The translations under genes were made by a program, and so were the position numbers. Of a stretch of 64,000 nt of DNA, positions 27,606-40,512 are shown in pieces. The stretch spans positions 124,001-188,000 of the forward strand of contig NIVC01002059.1 in NCBI GenBank assembly GCA_002269645.1, given 5' to 3'. This DNA is from Macrostomum lignano. Taxonomy: Eukaryota. The notes under the pieces were generated by a model. It ran no database searches. It worked only from the letters and a program-made list of their open reading frames with translations, and was not told the origin of the DNA. Every line of letters begins with the position of its first letter. Positions within the stretch are counted from its first letter, which is position 1.

Positions 27606-27895
27606 CTTGTTTTAATTTGTATTTATATGTAAAAAATAGCGCTGTTTATTCAGCATTAATTTAAAATAACGTCTGAATCAACTACTAGCAGTATGAAATA
27701 AGTTGAGACGGAAAAATTTCTGATTTAATTTGATTCTATTTGGATATTAATAACTCCACAGCTCTCTGTGTTGTTTTTAAGTATGTTATTTTTACTTGAA
27801 GTTACTACTACATACTTCTATATTACTAAATAGTAGTTCTCACTACATATTTTTTTGTACTCGGATACCATCGATAAATTGACAAGCAGACAGCT

Positions 27896-30593
27896 CACAC
27901 AAGGATTAGGGGGAAAGTGGACACAAAGATTGGCGGGGAGGTAGACACAAGGATTGGAGAGGAGGTGGACACAATGATTAGGGGGAAAGTGGACACAATG
28001 ATTGGACGGGAGGTGGACACAATGATTGGAGGGAAGGTGGACACAATGATTGGAGGGATGGTGGACACAAAGATTGGCGGGGAGGTGGACACAAGGATTG
28101 GAGAGGAGGTGGACACAATGATTGGAGGGGAGGTAGACACAAAGATTGGCGGGATGGTGGACGCAAGGATTGGAGGAAAGGTGGACACAAGGATGGTCGG
28201 TCGGTAGACACAAGGATGGACGGTCGGTGGACACAAGGATGGCCGGTAGGTGGACACAAGGATGGTCGGTAGGTGGACACAAGGATGGCCGGTAGGTGGA
28301 CACAAGAATGGTCGGTAGGTGGACACAAGGATGGACGGTCGGTGGACACAAGGATGGCCAGTAGGTGGACACAAGGATGGTCGGTAGGTGGACACAAGGA
28401 TAGTCGGTAGGTGGACACAAGGATAGTCGGTAGGTGGACACAAGGATGGTCGGTAGGTGGACACAAAGATAGTCGGTAGGTGGACACAAGGATAGTCGGT
28501 AGGTGGACACAAGGATGGTCGGTAGGTGGACACAAGGATAGTCGGTAGGTGGACACAAGGATGGTCGGTAGGTGGACACAAGGATAGTCGGTAGGTGGAC
28601 ACAAGGATGGTCGGTAGGTGGACACAAGGATAGTCGGTAGGTGGACACAAGAATGGTCGGTAGGTGGACACAAGGATAGTCGGTAGGTGGACACAAGGAT
28701 GGACGGTCGGTGGACACAAGGATGGCCAGTAGGTGGACACAAGGATGGTCGGTAGGTGGACACAAGGATAGTCGGTAGGTGGACACAAGGATAGTCGGTA
28801 GGTGGACACAAGGATAGTCGGTAGGTGGACACAAGGATGGTCGGTAGGTGGACACAAAGATAGTCGGTAGGTGGACACAAGGATAGTCGGTAGGTGGACA
28901 CAAGGATGGTCGGTAGGTGGACACAAGGATAGCCGGTAGGTGGACACAAGGATGGTCGGTAGGTGGACACAAGGATAGTCGGTAGGTGGACACAAGAATG
29001 GTCGGTAGGTGGACACAAGGATAGTCGGTAGATGGACAAAAGGATGGACGGTCGGTGGACACAAGGATGGCCAGTAGGTGGACACAAGGATGGTCGGTAG
29101 GTGGACACAAGGATAGTCGGTAGGTGGACACAAGGATAGTCGGTAGGTGGACACAAGGATAGTCGGTAGGTGGACACAAGGATGGTCGGTAGGTGGACAC
29201 AAAGATAGTCGGTAGGTGGACACAAGGATGGTCGGTAGGTGGACACAAGGATAGTCGGTAGGTGGACACAAGGATGGTCGGTAGGTGGACACAAGGATGG
29301 CCGGTAGGTGGACACAAGGATGGTCGGTAGGTGGACACAAGGATAGTCGGTAGGTGGACACAAGAATGGTCGGTAGGTGGACACAAGGATAGTCGGTAGG
29401 TGGACACAAGAATGGTCGGTAGGTGGACACAAGGATAGTCGGTAGGTGGACACAAGGATGGCTAGTAGGTTGACACAAGGATGGTCGGTAGGTGGACACA
29501 AGGATAGTCGGTAGGTGGACACAAAGATAGTCGGTAGGTGGACACAAGGATGGTCGGTAGGTGGACACAAGTATGGTCGGTAGGTGGACACAAGGATAGT
29601 CGGTAGGTGGACACAAGGATGGACGGTCGGTGGACACAAGGATGGCCAGTAGGTGGACACAAGGATGGTCGGTAGGTGGACACAAGGATAGTCGGTAGGT
29701 GGACACAAGGATGGTCGGTAGGTGGACACAAGGATGGTCGGTAGGTGGACACAAGGATAGTCGGTAGGTGGACACAAGGATGGTCGGTAGGTGGACACAA
29801 GGATGGTCGGTAGGTGGACACAAGGATAGTCGGTAGGTGGACACAAGGATGGTCGGTAGGTGGACACAAGGATGGTCGGTAGGTGGACACAAGGATGGTC
29901 GGTAGGTGGACACAAGGATGGCCGGTAGGTGGACACAAGGATGGTCGGTAGGTGGACACAAGGATAGTCGGTAGGTGGACACAAGGATGGTCGGTAGGTG
30001 GACACAAAGATAGTCGGTAGGTGGACACAAGGATGGTCGGTAGGTGGACACAAGGATGGTCGGTAGGTGGACACAAGGATAGTCGGTAGGTTGACACAAG
30101 GATGGTCGGTAGGTAGACACAAGGATGGACGGTCGGTGGACACAAGGATGGCCAGTAGGTGGACACAAGGATGGTCGGTAGGTGGACACAAGGATAGTCG
30201 GTAGGTGGACACAAGGATGGCCGGTAGGTGGACACAAGGATGGCCGGTAGGTGGACACAAGGATGGTCGGTAGGTGGACACAAGGATAGGCGGGATGGTG
30301 GACACAAGGATAGGCGGGATGGTGGACACAAGGATAGGCGGGATGGTGGACACAAGGATGGTCGGTAGGTGGACACAAGGATAGGCGGGATGGTGGACAC
30401 AAGGATAGGCGGGATGATGGACACAAGGATAGGTGGGATGGTGGACACAAGGATAGGCGGGATGGTGGACATAAGGATTGGAGGAAAGGTGGACACAAGG
30501 ATGGTCGGTCGGTAGACACAAGGATGGACGGTCGGTGGACACAAGGATGGTCGGTAGGTGGACACAAGGATGGTCGGTAGGTGGACACAAGGA
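27896..30593 (+). repeat. Minisatellite, 23-bp unit GGTGGACACAAGGATRGTCGGTA
   Basis: Tandem repeats, with diverged units at both edges. Confidence 0.97.
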
Positions 30594-30690
30594 CAACTAG
30601 ACAAGGATTTGCACTACTATTAGAAGCCAGCAGAGAGTCCGCTACAAGTGTCCAAGAACAGTAAGCTCAGACTCCAGAGACAAACGCTCG

Positions 30691-31306
30691 TCAACTCTTG
30701 ACCACGACTCTTTCTCCACCGCCATCGACTCTATTGATGAGGAACTCGTATCGGCAGTACAGCAACCACACCTCGTACATGGCGAAGACCACCAGGATGA
30801 GGCAGCCAGCCGCCACCATGCCGCAGTTGACCAGGCGAGCGCGGCCCTCGATAGGGTGCAGCATCGACCAGAGGCCGAAGCCCAGCAGGGCGCCGGCCGT
30901 GACGCCAGCCAGCAGTAGGTGCCGACTGAACGACGTGCAGGCGACGCTGTCGCAGGAGCGCCGGCCTCGATGGTGCGTCACGACGAACCTCTCGGCGCAG
31001 ACGGCGCACTGAATGTTCAACCGGCGTCGGCCGCGCGAATAGACGGCCTCGTCGAAGAATGCGCTGGTCAGGCAGGTCACGTGCAGGTAGCGGTCCGGGC
31101 AGCGGCAGGGCAGCTTCCGCCAGCGGATGACGCCAGGCCGGTCATCAAGCTGCAGGCCGACGCCGGAGTCGGTAGCGGCGCCGCTGCTGTCCAGGTTGAG
31201 GTGGCCGGACCTGAAGGTCTTGCACAGCTGGCAGAGGTCCTCGCCCCACGGTCCCTGAATCGCTGGGGAGGCCGGGGCGTCCACTACCGGTTCGGAACTC
31301 TGCTGG
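30691..31306 (-). CDS. Terminal exon of a RING-CH (MARCH-type) membrane E3 ubiquitin ligase
   Basis: CQLC...PCRCPDRYLHVTC...CAVC (C4HC3) followed by two hydrophobic segments. Stop at 30691-30693. CAG acceptors near 31299-31307, so the exon start is approximate. Confidence 0.75.
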
Positions 31307-31369
31307 CTGCCGGCAGGAGGGGTTCGGGTTAGGGTTAGAGTAGGGTTAGCTTTAGGTTCGGGTCTTAAA

Positions 31370-31987
31370 GACTTCCTAAACATTTCCTAAAGAATTCTTA
31401 GAGATTTCCTAAAGATTTCCTAAAGACTTCCTAAAGATTTCCTAAAGATTTCCTAAACATTTCCTAAACATTTCCTAAACATTTCCTAAACATTTCCTAA
31501 AGGTTTCCTAAAGACTTCCTAAAGATTTCCTAAAGATTTCCTAAACATTTCCTAAAGACTTCCTAAAGATTTCCTAAACATTTCCTAAACATTTCCTAAA
31601 GATTTCCTAAACATTTCCTAAACATTTCCTAAACATTTCCTAAAGACTTCCTAAAGATTTCCTAAACATTTCCTAAACATTTCCTAAAGATTTCCTAAAC
31701 ATTTCCTAAACATTTCCTAAACATTTCCTAAACATTTCCTAAAGATTTCCTAAAGACTTCCTAAAGATTTCCTAAAGATTTCCTAAACATTTCCTAAAGA
31801 CTTCCTAAAGATTTCCTAAAGATTTCCTAAACATTTCCTAAAGATTTCCTAAAGATTTCCTAAAGACTTCCTAAAGATTTCCTAAACATTTCCTAAACAT
31901 TTCCTAAACATTTCCTAAACATTTCCTAAACATTTCCTAAACATTTCCTAAACATTTCCTAAAGGTTTCCTAAAGATTACCTAAAGA
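31370..31987 (+). repeat. Minisatellite, 11-bp unit (G/C)A(T/C)TTCCTAAA
   Basis: Tandem repeats in the presumed intron of the RING-CH gene. Confidence 0.95.
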
Positions 31988-33040
31988 TCTGCTGTTCTGC
32001 CGGGCGCTGACTGGGGTTTGGCCATAGACAAATCCGTCCAGACAAAACACTGCAGAGACAGGAGCAGCTGCAATTTCGCCGCAACTTTGCTTGCTTGCCG
32101 GTCTCCGGCAGCAGTTCATGAAAAAAACAGCTTGATAAACTTGTGAGCGCAGCTCGGACAAAACACCTGCTGGCTGCATTGGCTAAAAATCTAAACTTCT
32201 CCAAGAAACAAACTTTCCTGTCCATCTATACTTCTAGAGGTTCGAATTGGCACAACTTTGAACGAAAAAAATATCGTGCCCAGGAAGTCATTACGAAATC
32301 TTTTATCTTAGATAGAGTTCAAGCTAACGCTTAGCTGGCACAATAAGAGAAAATTTTTGTTTAAATCAGAAATAAACGATTCCAGCGCTGAATTTCACCG
32401 CTTTGCAGAAACGCTTCTGCATAATAAATTCTGTCAAAGCAAAGCAGCTATCCACAAACTTCCACACAACACCCGGGGGTGTCAGTCATTCATTACATTA
32501 ATACTCTGTCCGTACTTGCATAATGAATACATTTGCCAAACTTCTGCCTAGACATTTGTATGGCTTATAAGCCTCTAAAACGCTTAGCTGGCATTTCCTG
32601 TACAAAGAGAAAAGTTTTATGGCTTCCTACCATTGCAAAGGAATTGCAATAATATGCTGCAGTATACTTGCTTCGCTCTGTATATGCATTGGGCATTGGG
32701 CTCCACTAACCTACGCTCGTATAGGCAGGCCTTTTTGGGAGCCTCTGGAGATGACCGCCATTAATTGAACACCTGCAGCTCATTTTTGCTGGTACCCTGC
32801 ACTACCCCACCTGTAGGGCGTAGGCAGTGCGCTGCACTCTCTGCCCCACATTATTATTCATGACTCATTCTCTCGCCTAAACTTGTTTACCAATTCTCGA
32901 CCAATCGCGCATCGCTTAACCCCACCCCACAATATTGACTAATAAATATATTGAGTAAACAGAGCCTTACAGAGGCCACCTTTTTCGGCACGCAAACCTA
33001 GACTTCACACCACCCACTACCCAAAAGATGTTATTTACAT

Positions 33041-33241
33041 TACTACCCTACCCACTACCCACCCAATAACCCACCCACTGCCCAACCCACTCCCCCATCT
33101 ACTACCCTACCCACTACCTCACCTACTAGCCCACCCACTATTCACTACCCCACCCGCTACCCCACCCGCTACCCCACCCACTACCCCACCCCTACCCCAC
33201 CCCCTACCCCACCCCCTACCCCACCCACTACCCCACCCACT
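33041..33241 (-). repeat. G-rich GGGGTAGGGGT/GGGTGGGGT repeat with G-quadruplex potential
   Basis: Many closely spaced G3-G4 runs on the minus strand. Confidence 0.8.
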
Positions 33242-33249
33242 AACAGCAC

Positions 33250-33628
33250 AAATCCGGTCACTCAACTCAAACCGCAGTGTGGGCGCGGCAGCAGCAGCGG
33301 CAGCAGCGATCGACTCCCTTGAGCGACTCTCCTGCGTTTCCTGCAGCTGCTTAAGCCGCCTGGCACAACGCAGGTTCGAGTCCGAGTGCGGCTGCTTGAG
33401 CCGGTAGAGACTCCGAGCTGCTGTCACCGCGGCTCCGCTGACCGGTGGCTCCCGCGGATCGATCACGTCGAATCTGGTGATGCGCTTCTCCCTGGCTTGA
33501 GCGCCGGCGCTACCAGACCGACTCGGCGCCGTCATCCCTAGTGGCGCCAACTGGAGTAGCCGGTCGGCTTCGCCTTCTTCGTCGGCCTCGTCCGACATCA
33601 TCGCCATTTCTCTGTCTTCGTCGGACAT
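33250..33628 (-). CDS. Probable upstream coding exon of the RING-CH gene (acidic N-terminus, poly-Ala); 3' boundary uncertain
   Basis: GC-rich open frame from ATG 33628 with host-like composition, on the same strand and upstream of the RING-CH exon. Splice donor not fixed. Confidence 0.45.
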
Positions 33629-33734
33629 TCTGCTGCTCTGCTGAATCGTTGTTAATGATTTACAATGCTTATCATCTCAATAATGCAGCATTTATCCTGC
33701 TTGTTGGTGTACATGCGTGCAGACCGACTGTCGC

Positions 33735-34900
33735 TTCCCTTCCGGCGCTCCTTCCCTTCTGGCTCTCCTTCCCTTATGGCTCTCCTTCCCTTTTGGCTCT
33801 CCTTCCCTTTTGGCTCTCCTTCCCTTTTGGCTCTCCTTCCCTTTTGGCTCTCCTTCCCTTTTGGCTCTCCTTCCCTTTTGGCTCTCCTTCCCTTTTGGCT
33901 CTCCTTCCCTTTTGGCTCTCCTTCCCTTTTGGCTCTCCTTCCCTTTTGGCTCTCCTTCCCTTTTGGCTCTCCTTCCCTTTTGGCTCTCCTTCCTTTCTGG
34001 CTCTCCTTCCCTTTTGGCTCTCCTTCCCTTTTGGCTCTCCTTCCCTTTTGGCTCTACTTCCCTTTTGGCTCTCCTTCCCTTTTGGCTCTCCTTCCCTTTT
34101 GGCTCTCCTTCCCTTTTGGCTCTCCTTCCCTTTTGGCTCTCCTTCCCTTTTGGCTCTCCTTCCCTTTTGGCTCTCCTTCCCTTTTGGCTCTCCTTCCCTT
34201 TTGGCTCTCCTTCCCTTTTGGCTCTCCTTCCCTTTTGGCTCTCCTTCCCTTTTGGCTCTCCTTCCCTTTTGGCTCTCCTTCCCTTTTGGCTCTCCTTCCC
34301 TTTTGGCTCTCCTTCCCTTTTGGCTCTCCTTCCCTTTTGGCTCTCCTTCCCTTTTGGCTCTCCTTCCCTTTTGGCTCTCCTTCCCTTTTGGCTCTCCTTC
34401 CCTTTTGGCTCTCCTTCCCTTTTGGCTCTCCTTCCCTTTTGGCTCTCCTTCCCTTTTGGCTCTCCTTCCCTTTTGGCTCTCCTTCCCTTTTGGCTCTCCT
34501 TCCCTTTTGGCTCTCCTTCCCTTTTGGCTCTCCTTCCCTTTTGGCTCTCCTTCCCTTTTGGCTCTCCTTCCCTTTTGGCTCTCCTTCCCTTTTGGCTCTC
34601 CTTCCCTTTTGGCTCTCCTTCCCTTATGGCTCTCCTTCCTTATGGCTCTCCTTCCCTTTTGGCTCTCCTTCCCTTTTGGCTCTCCTTCCCTTTTGGCTCT
34701 CCTTCCCTTTTGGCTCTCCTTCCCTTTTGGCTCTCCTTCCCTCCCGGCGCCCCTTCCCCTCTGGTGCCCCTTCCCTTCCGACGCCCTTCGGCACCCCTTC
34801 ACTTCCGGCAACCCTTCCCTTCCGGCGCCCCTTCCCTTCCGGCACCCCTTCCCTTCCGGCGCCCCTTCCCTTCTGGCGCCCCTTCCCTTCCGACACCCTA
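33735..34900 (+). repeat. Minisatellite, 17-bp unit GGCTCTCCTTCCCTTTT (pyrimidine-rich)
   Basis: Highly homogeneous tandem repeats. Confidence 0.97.
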
Positions 34901-36800
34901 CGGCGCCCCTTCCACTGCAGCTCCGCTGCTTCTGCAAGAAGTTAGGAACTTGTAGCGATAACTTACAAAAAGTGGAAAATGAAGTAACCAATATTGAGCT
35001 GATCTTTAAAATTTCAATCCTATTTAGACACGTCATGCAATATTTAACTCTTCCATTGTACTATAAGAGAGTTTATGTCAAGCCTCTGGCCCCCTAGCTT
35101 GATCGCCAATATACTCACCCGGAACCTCCGCAGATCCGTAAAAATCCCTCTAGTTTTTCTGTTTAGAGAATTGGGCCGGGCTCTCCGCGAGTTAACGAGT
35201 TCAATACACTTGCATGTGTTTTGTATTCTCTGGACACTCAAGGCGTTGGATCGACACGACAGAGCACGAAAGCAAAGCCCTATATTAAGCTAAGCGAAAT
35301 GCTTTCACCCCCACCACCCCTGAATGACCATGGGCTCCTCAAATTCGACTCTGCGACAGGACAGCAGGGGGTGAGAAAAAGTAAGTTTCTCTTTGCCTCA
35401 GTTTGGAGAGCTGATCAGGTCCTTTAGTATAAACAATTCTTTTCTTCGCCTTAATGCGACTTTTAACGTGCAAAATTATTTAGGCTCTCAATTACAAGTA
35501 GTTTTTAGCATATATTCGAAAATTAGTTCGAATTTAATAATGAGCGAGTGCACAGGTGCGCGCAGAGAATAAGAGCTGTTATATGAATTAAACCAATTTG
35601 TACGTAGCTAATGCATGGATTTACTGTACATTAGTACATACAATCGGGTAACGTAATTGCATGATGACATCGCCAGCGGTCTTAATCCATGCCTATTAAT
35701 TATGACTTTATAGAGATTTCATTTGATGTATGTAGGCCGGTTACATTATTCTTTTTGTTAAAAGAACATTAACAAATTATAAACTAGCAATTTATCCAAT
35801 CGCGAGAAATGCCGTGTATAAGTAAATGAATCTAAACCAAGTCCCCCCCCCCTAGTAAGTAGCCGAAGTAAACTTAAACATGTGAAAATGATCGCCCTCT
35901 TAGTTTATCAGTGTAAAATATCAGTGTATACCACTGTCCTTGCATGCGTACTGTATATTTTCTCTAACTTGTCCAGACTCACGGCACGGTCTTTGTTTCT
36001 CATACTATATAAATGTAAGCTTAAATGTCACTCGTCATGTTTAACACAGTACGTTCTCAAAAAATTAATACAGTGACAGTAGTCTTGCAACGCCTCGCTT
36101 GACAAGACTTTATTAGTTAGAAAAATTCATTGAAGCAATGCTAACGGGTTAAACGAATTAAGTTTGTGCTTTTACGCAACCTCCAGTGTTATATACGTTA
36201 ATACATCTTTTTATAACTAGGCCAAATGCAGTTAAATAGACTCCTAAAGTCATTGCGAAAATAATTACATAAATACAGTTAAAATGTAAAATGGCACGCA
36301 TTTAAACTGTGCTTATGTGGCAAAATCGCGCCTTGGCATTTAGCATTAATCAGATTGCTTCCGTACACGTCCGTCGTCCTCAAGCGTAAAAGCTATTGTA
36401 GTATAACTTTTTGAAGAAGTAAAGCATAGAACACTGACAAAATTTTCAACAGTAGTCAATACCATGACGATTCATAGTTTTAATATAGCCTTGGCTTGAT
36501 TGACTTGACATACAGAGTTCAATCCAGCCATCCAGGTAGATGGATCGCCATGGCCAGATGGCCTTAGCCTTAGGCTATAAAATAAAAAGATGGTTTTGTC
36601 TCCGACTTAAGCTTTTTTGTTATTAGTAACTATTTTGCCACTAAACAAGCAATAAACTTACTGATAGATAACAATATTAGGCCCACAATATTCTTTTATC
36701 TTTGGGATGATTCTATCTTTATTTTCAAAATTCAATGCTCACAATATTGCTAAAATTTCTTACATTAGGCCTAAATAAAATTGATTAAGCCTATACTATG

Positions 36801-36990
36801 CAGGCGCCATGGAACAGGGGGCAGCTGCCCCCTGACATTGAGTTGGGGGGGGTATTGCCCCCCCCCCTCAAATACCGTTCAACAGCATAATTTTGCTCAA
36901 ATTTTTGGTCATTGTCCAAGACAGGGTCTGGGCTTGAGTTTCGGAAACTTGGTCCTGCCCCCCTGGCAAAAACTTGTTCTGCGGTGCCTG
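36801..36990. mobile_element. 190-bp hAT-type MITE
   Basis: Imperfect TIRs CAGGCGCCATGGAAC / GTTCTGCGGTGCCTG. Perfect 8-bp TSD ATACTATG at 36793-36800 and 36991-36998. Confidence 0.8.
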
Positions 36991-38323
36991 ATACTATGTC
37001 AATAACAATATAACATTTTTTCATGATCCACTTGACTAACTAAACTAGATTTAAAACGTACCTTTTTCTTACTTTTTGAACATTAAAAAGTCCATTGAAT
37101 ACCAAGCCAAGGGGCATCATAAAATGAAATAGACAAAGCTTTGGTATTATATAAAAAATTCCCTATGCTCTTGTTTATTGTTTTATCTAGCTAAGGGCCT
37201 AGTAAAAATGAATTTTAGTTAGGGTCTTATAACTAGCCAATATGCATACAAAAGACAATTTTAAATTAAAAAATAAGTTTCTTTGACTTTGCAAATAAAT
37301 AATAGCACTACAACATAAGAAAATTGCATAAAATAAGCAAATATTTAAAAGAAAAGGAAATTAATTTTTCAAAGAAAGAAATAAAATTGGGCTATATATA
37401 AAATAAGCCCTTTTTACTTTTCATAGATCTAAAAAGATTGATTTTTATAGATCACAATCCAGCAATCAAAGCAGCAATAGACAATCTGGAAATATATTTT
37501 ATGATTAAAAGTCTTTTTAACAATATTTGAGAATCCAATATTTAAAAAATTGCTGGTTGCATTACAACTTCTATGTATATATATAGTCTATAAAATATAG
37601 AAGGCAACATATAGTCAACTATTCTATTTAGTTTAACAATTCTATATAGATAAACATTTGAAAAATTAAATAATATTTAAAAAATAATAGTATAGCTCTA
37701 ATAATCTAGGGTATGAATGCTAAATAGTTGATTAGATAGGTAATTAAATAGCTTTTACTTATACTATACCTTCTTGCTACATTGACATCGCCAAATTGAC
37801 TATTGCTAGATTATCTTACTACCAGATTCATTGGATATCCTATATACTAAAAATGAGTTGTCTGTATGTATGTATGTGGGTAGGTATGCGATAGATTTCA
37901 GAAAAATTGGCTCAACTGATTTTCTTCAAACTTGCACCATTCAATCAGAAATTTTCCTGGGACGGTACATGCATCTTGGCTAAGAAATTGCTCAATGTTA
38001 AAGGGATTAAATATTCGAAAAACATGCTTTTTTGCAAAGGTCAAGCAAAATTTTCGACTTGAGTTGCATTGTAAGAATGCTAGAGAAAAAACTGACTGGC
38101 TGAATTTCAATTCTGATAAAGATTGCATCACAACAAGGTGAAAACAGTGCCACAGAAATGCACACAAGACTTGATTGAAATTGCGTAACCATATTGCTAA
38201 CTTAAATTAAGACTGATACTGTCTGACTGAGAAATTGATTATGTCATAACTTTTTGCTCCAATTGACTTGCTGTAAGTATTGAATTATAAGGGCCACAGT
38301 TCATGTGCTCCAATTGAAAAAAG

Positions 38324-38387
38324 ATAGCCTAGATGCGAACAGACTGGACTGCTAAAGTAGCGACCTGGGTTCGAATCTTGGTAGCGC
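38324..38387 (+). other. Degenerate tRNA-like / SINE head
   Basis: A-box-like TAGCCTAGATG and B box GGGTTCGAATC; no convincing cloverleaf. Confidence 0.3.
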
Positions 38388-38439
38388 AAAATGATTTTTT
38401 TATTAAAACACCTTAAAAACAAAAAACTGCTAAACATAA

Positions 38440-39935
38440 AAGAAGTGCAATGTCAAACATACAAGAGCCACCATGTCAAACATTAAAGAGCCACCATGTC
38501 GAAACATTAAAGAGCCACCATGTCAAACATAAAACAGACACCATTAAGAACATTAAAGAGCCACCATGTCAAACATTAAAAAGCCACAATGTCAAACATT
38601 AAAGAGCCACCATTTCAAACCTAAAAGAGCCACCATGTCGAACATTAAAGAGCCACCATGTCGAACATAAAAGAGCCACCATATCAAACATAAAAGAGTT
38701 ACCATGTCAAACATTAAAGAGCCACCATGTCGAACATTAAAGAGCCGCCATGTCAAACATAAAACAGACACCATTAAGAACATTAAAGAGCCACCATGTC
38801 GAACATTAAGGAGCCACCATGTCAAACATTAAAGAGCCACCATGTCGAACATAAAAGAGCCACCATGTAGAACATTAAAGAGCCACCATGTCGAACATAA
38901 AAGAGGTACCATGTCAAACATTAAAGACCCACCAGGTCAAACAGGAAAGTGCCACCATGTAAAACATTAAAGAGCCACCATGTAAAACATATACGTGACT
39001 CCATGTTAGACATTAAAGAGCCACCATGTTGAACATTAAAGAGCCAACATGTTAAAAATACAAGAGCCACCATGTCAAACATATACATGACTCCATGTCA
39101 AACATTGAAGAGCCACCATGTCGAACATAAAAGAGCCATCATGTCAAATATTATAGAGCCACCATGTAAAACATTAAAGAGCCACCAGGTCAAACATGAA
39201 AGTGCCACCATGTCAAACATTAAAGAGCCACCCTGTCGAACATTTAAGAACCACCATGTCAAACATAAAATAGCCACCATGTGAAACATATACATGACTC
39301 CATGTCAAACATTGAAGAGCCACCATGTCAAACATAAAAGAGCCATCATGTCAAATATTATAGAGCCACCATGTCGAACATAAAAGAGCCACCATGTCAA
39401 ACATAAAAGAGCCACCATGTCTAACATATACGTAACTCCATGTCAAACATTGAAGCGACACCATGTCGAACATAAAAGAGCCACCATGTCGAACATTAAA
39501 GAGCCACCATGTCGAACATAAAAGAGCCACCATGTCAAAAATTAAAGAGCCACCATGTCTAACATTAAAGAGCCACCATGTCAAACATTAAAGAGCCACC
39601 ATGTCAAACATAAAAGAGCCACCTTTTGAACATTAAGGAGCCACCATTTTGAACATTAAAGAGCCACCATGTCAAACATAATAGAGCCACCATGTCAAAC
39701 ATTAAAAAGCCACTTTGTCAAACATAGAAGAGCCCCCATGTCAAACATAGAAGAGCCCCCATGTCAAACATAGAAGAGCCGTATGTCAAACATAGAATAG
39801 CCCCTATGTCAAATATAGAAGAGCCACCATGTCAGACAATGAAAAGCCACCGTATCAAACATAAAAGAGTTACCATGTACAAGCGTAGAACAAGAAGGAG
39901 CCACAATGTATAACATAAAAGAGCCACCCTGTTAA
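38440..39935 (+). repeat. Diverged minisatellite, ~23-bp unit AAAGAGCCACCATGTCAAACAT(T/A)
   Basis: Tandem repeats with recurring variant units. Confidence 0.92.
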
Positions 39936-40035
39936 ACATAAAAGATAAACAATTTCAAACGTAACAGTAAGCGAATTTTAAAGGAGCCGCTATAATGCTA
40001 AGGAAATTGTCGCACTAGCTACTTATTGTCTGGTG

Positions 40036-40512
40036 GATGCTTGCTATTTGGGGATGCTATCTATCTTGGGGATGCTTGCTATCTGGGGGATGCTTGCTAT
40101 CTGGGGGATGCTTGCCATCTGAGGGATGCTTGCTATCTTGGGGATGCTTGCTATCTGAGGGATGCTTGCTATCTTGGGGATGCTTGCTATCTGGGGGATG
40201 CTTGCTATCTGGAGGATGCTTGCTATCTGGGGGATGCTTGCTATCTGGGGGATGCTTGCTATCTGGGAGATGCTTGCTATCTGGGGGATGCTTGCTATCT
40301 GGGGGATGCTTGCTATCTGGGGGATGCTTGCTATCTGGGGGATGCTTGCTATCTGGGGGATGCTTGCTATCTGGAGGATGCTTGCTATCTTGAAGATGCT
40401 TGCTATCTGGGGGATGCTTGCTATCTGGGGGATGCTTGCTATCTTGGGGATGCTTGCAATCTGGGGGATGCTTGCTATCTTGAGGATGCTTGCTATCTGG
40501 GGGATGCTTGTG
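40036..40512 (+). repeat. Minisatellite, 18-bp unit GGGGATGCTTGCTATCTG
   Basis: Tandem repeats. Confidence 0.95.

Noticed and set aside
27818-30604. Several 380-900-aa Cys/Pro-rich ORFs
   Set aside because: Open in all three frames because the 23-bp unit lacks stops; no unique coding content
33541-35097. Hydrophobic or basic repeat ORFs on both strands
   Set aside because: Products of the 17-bp array
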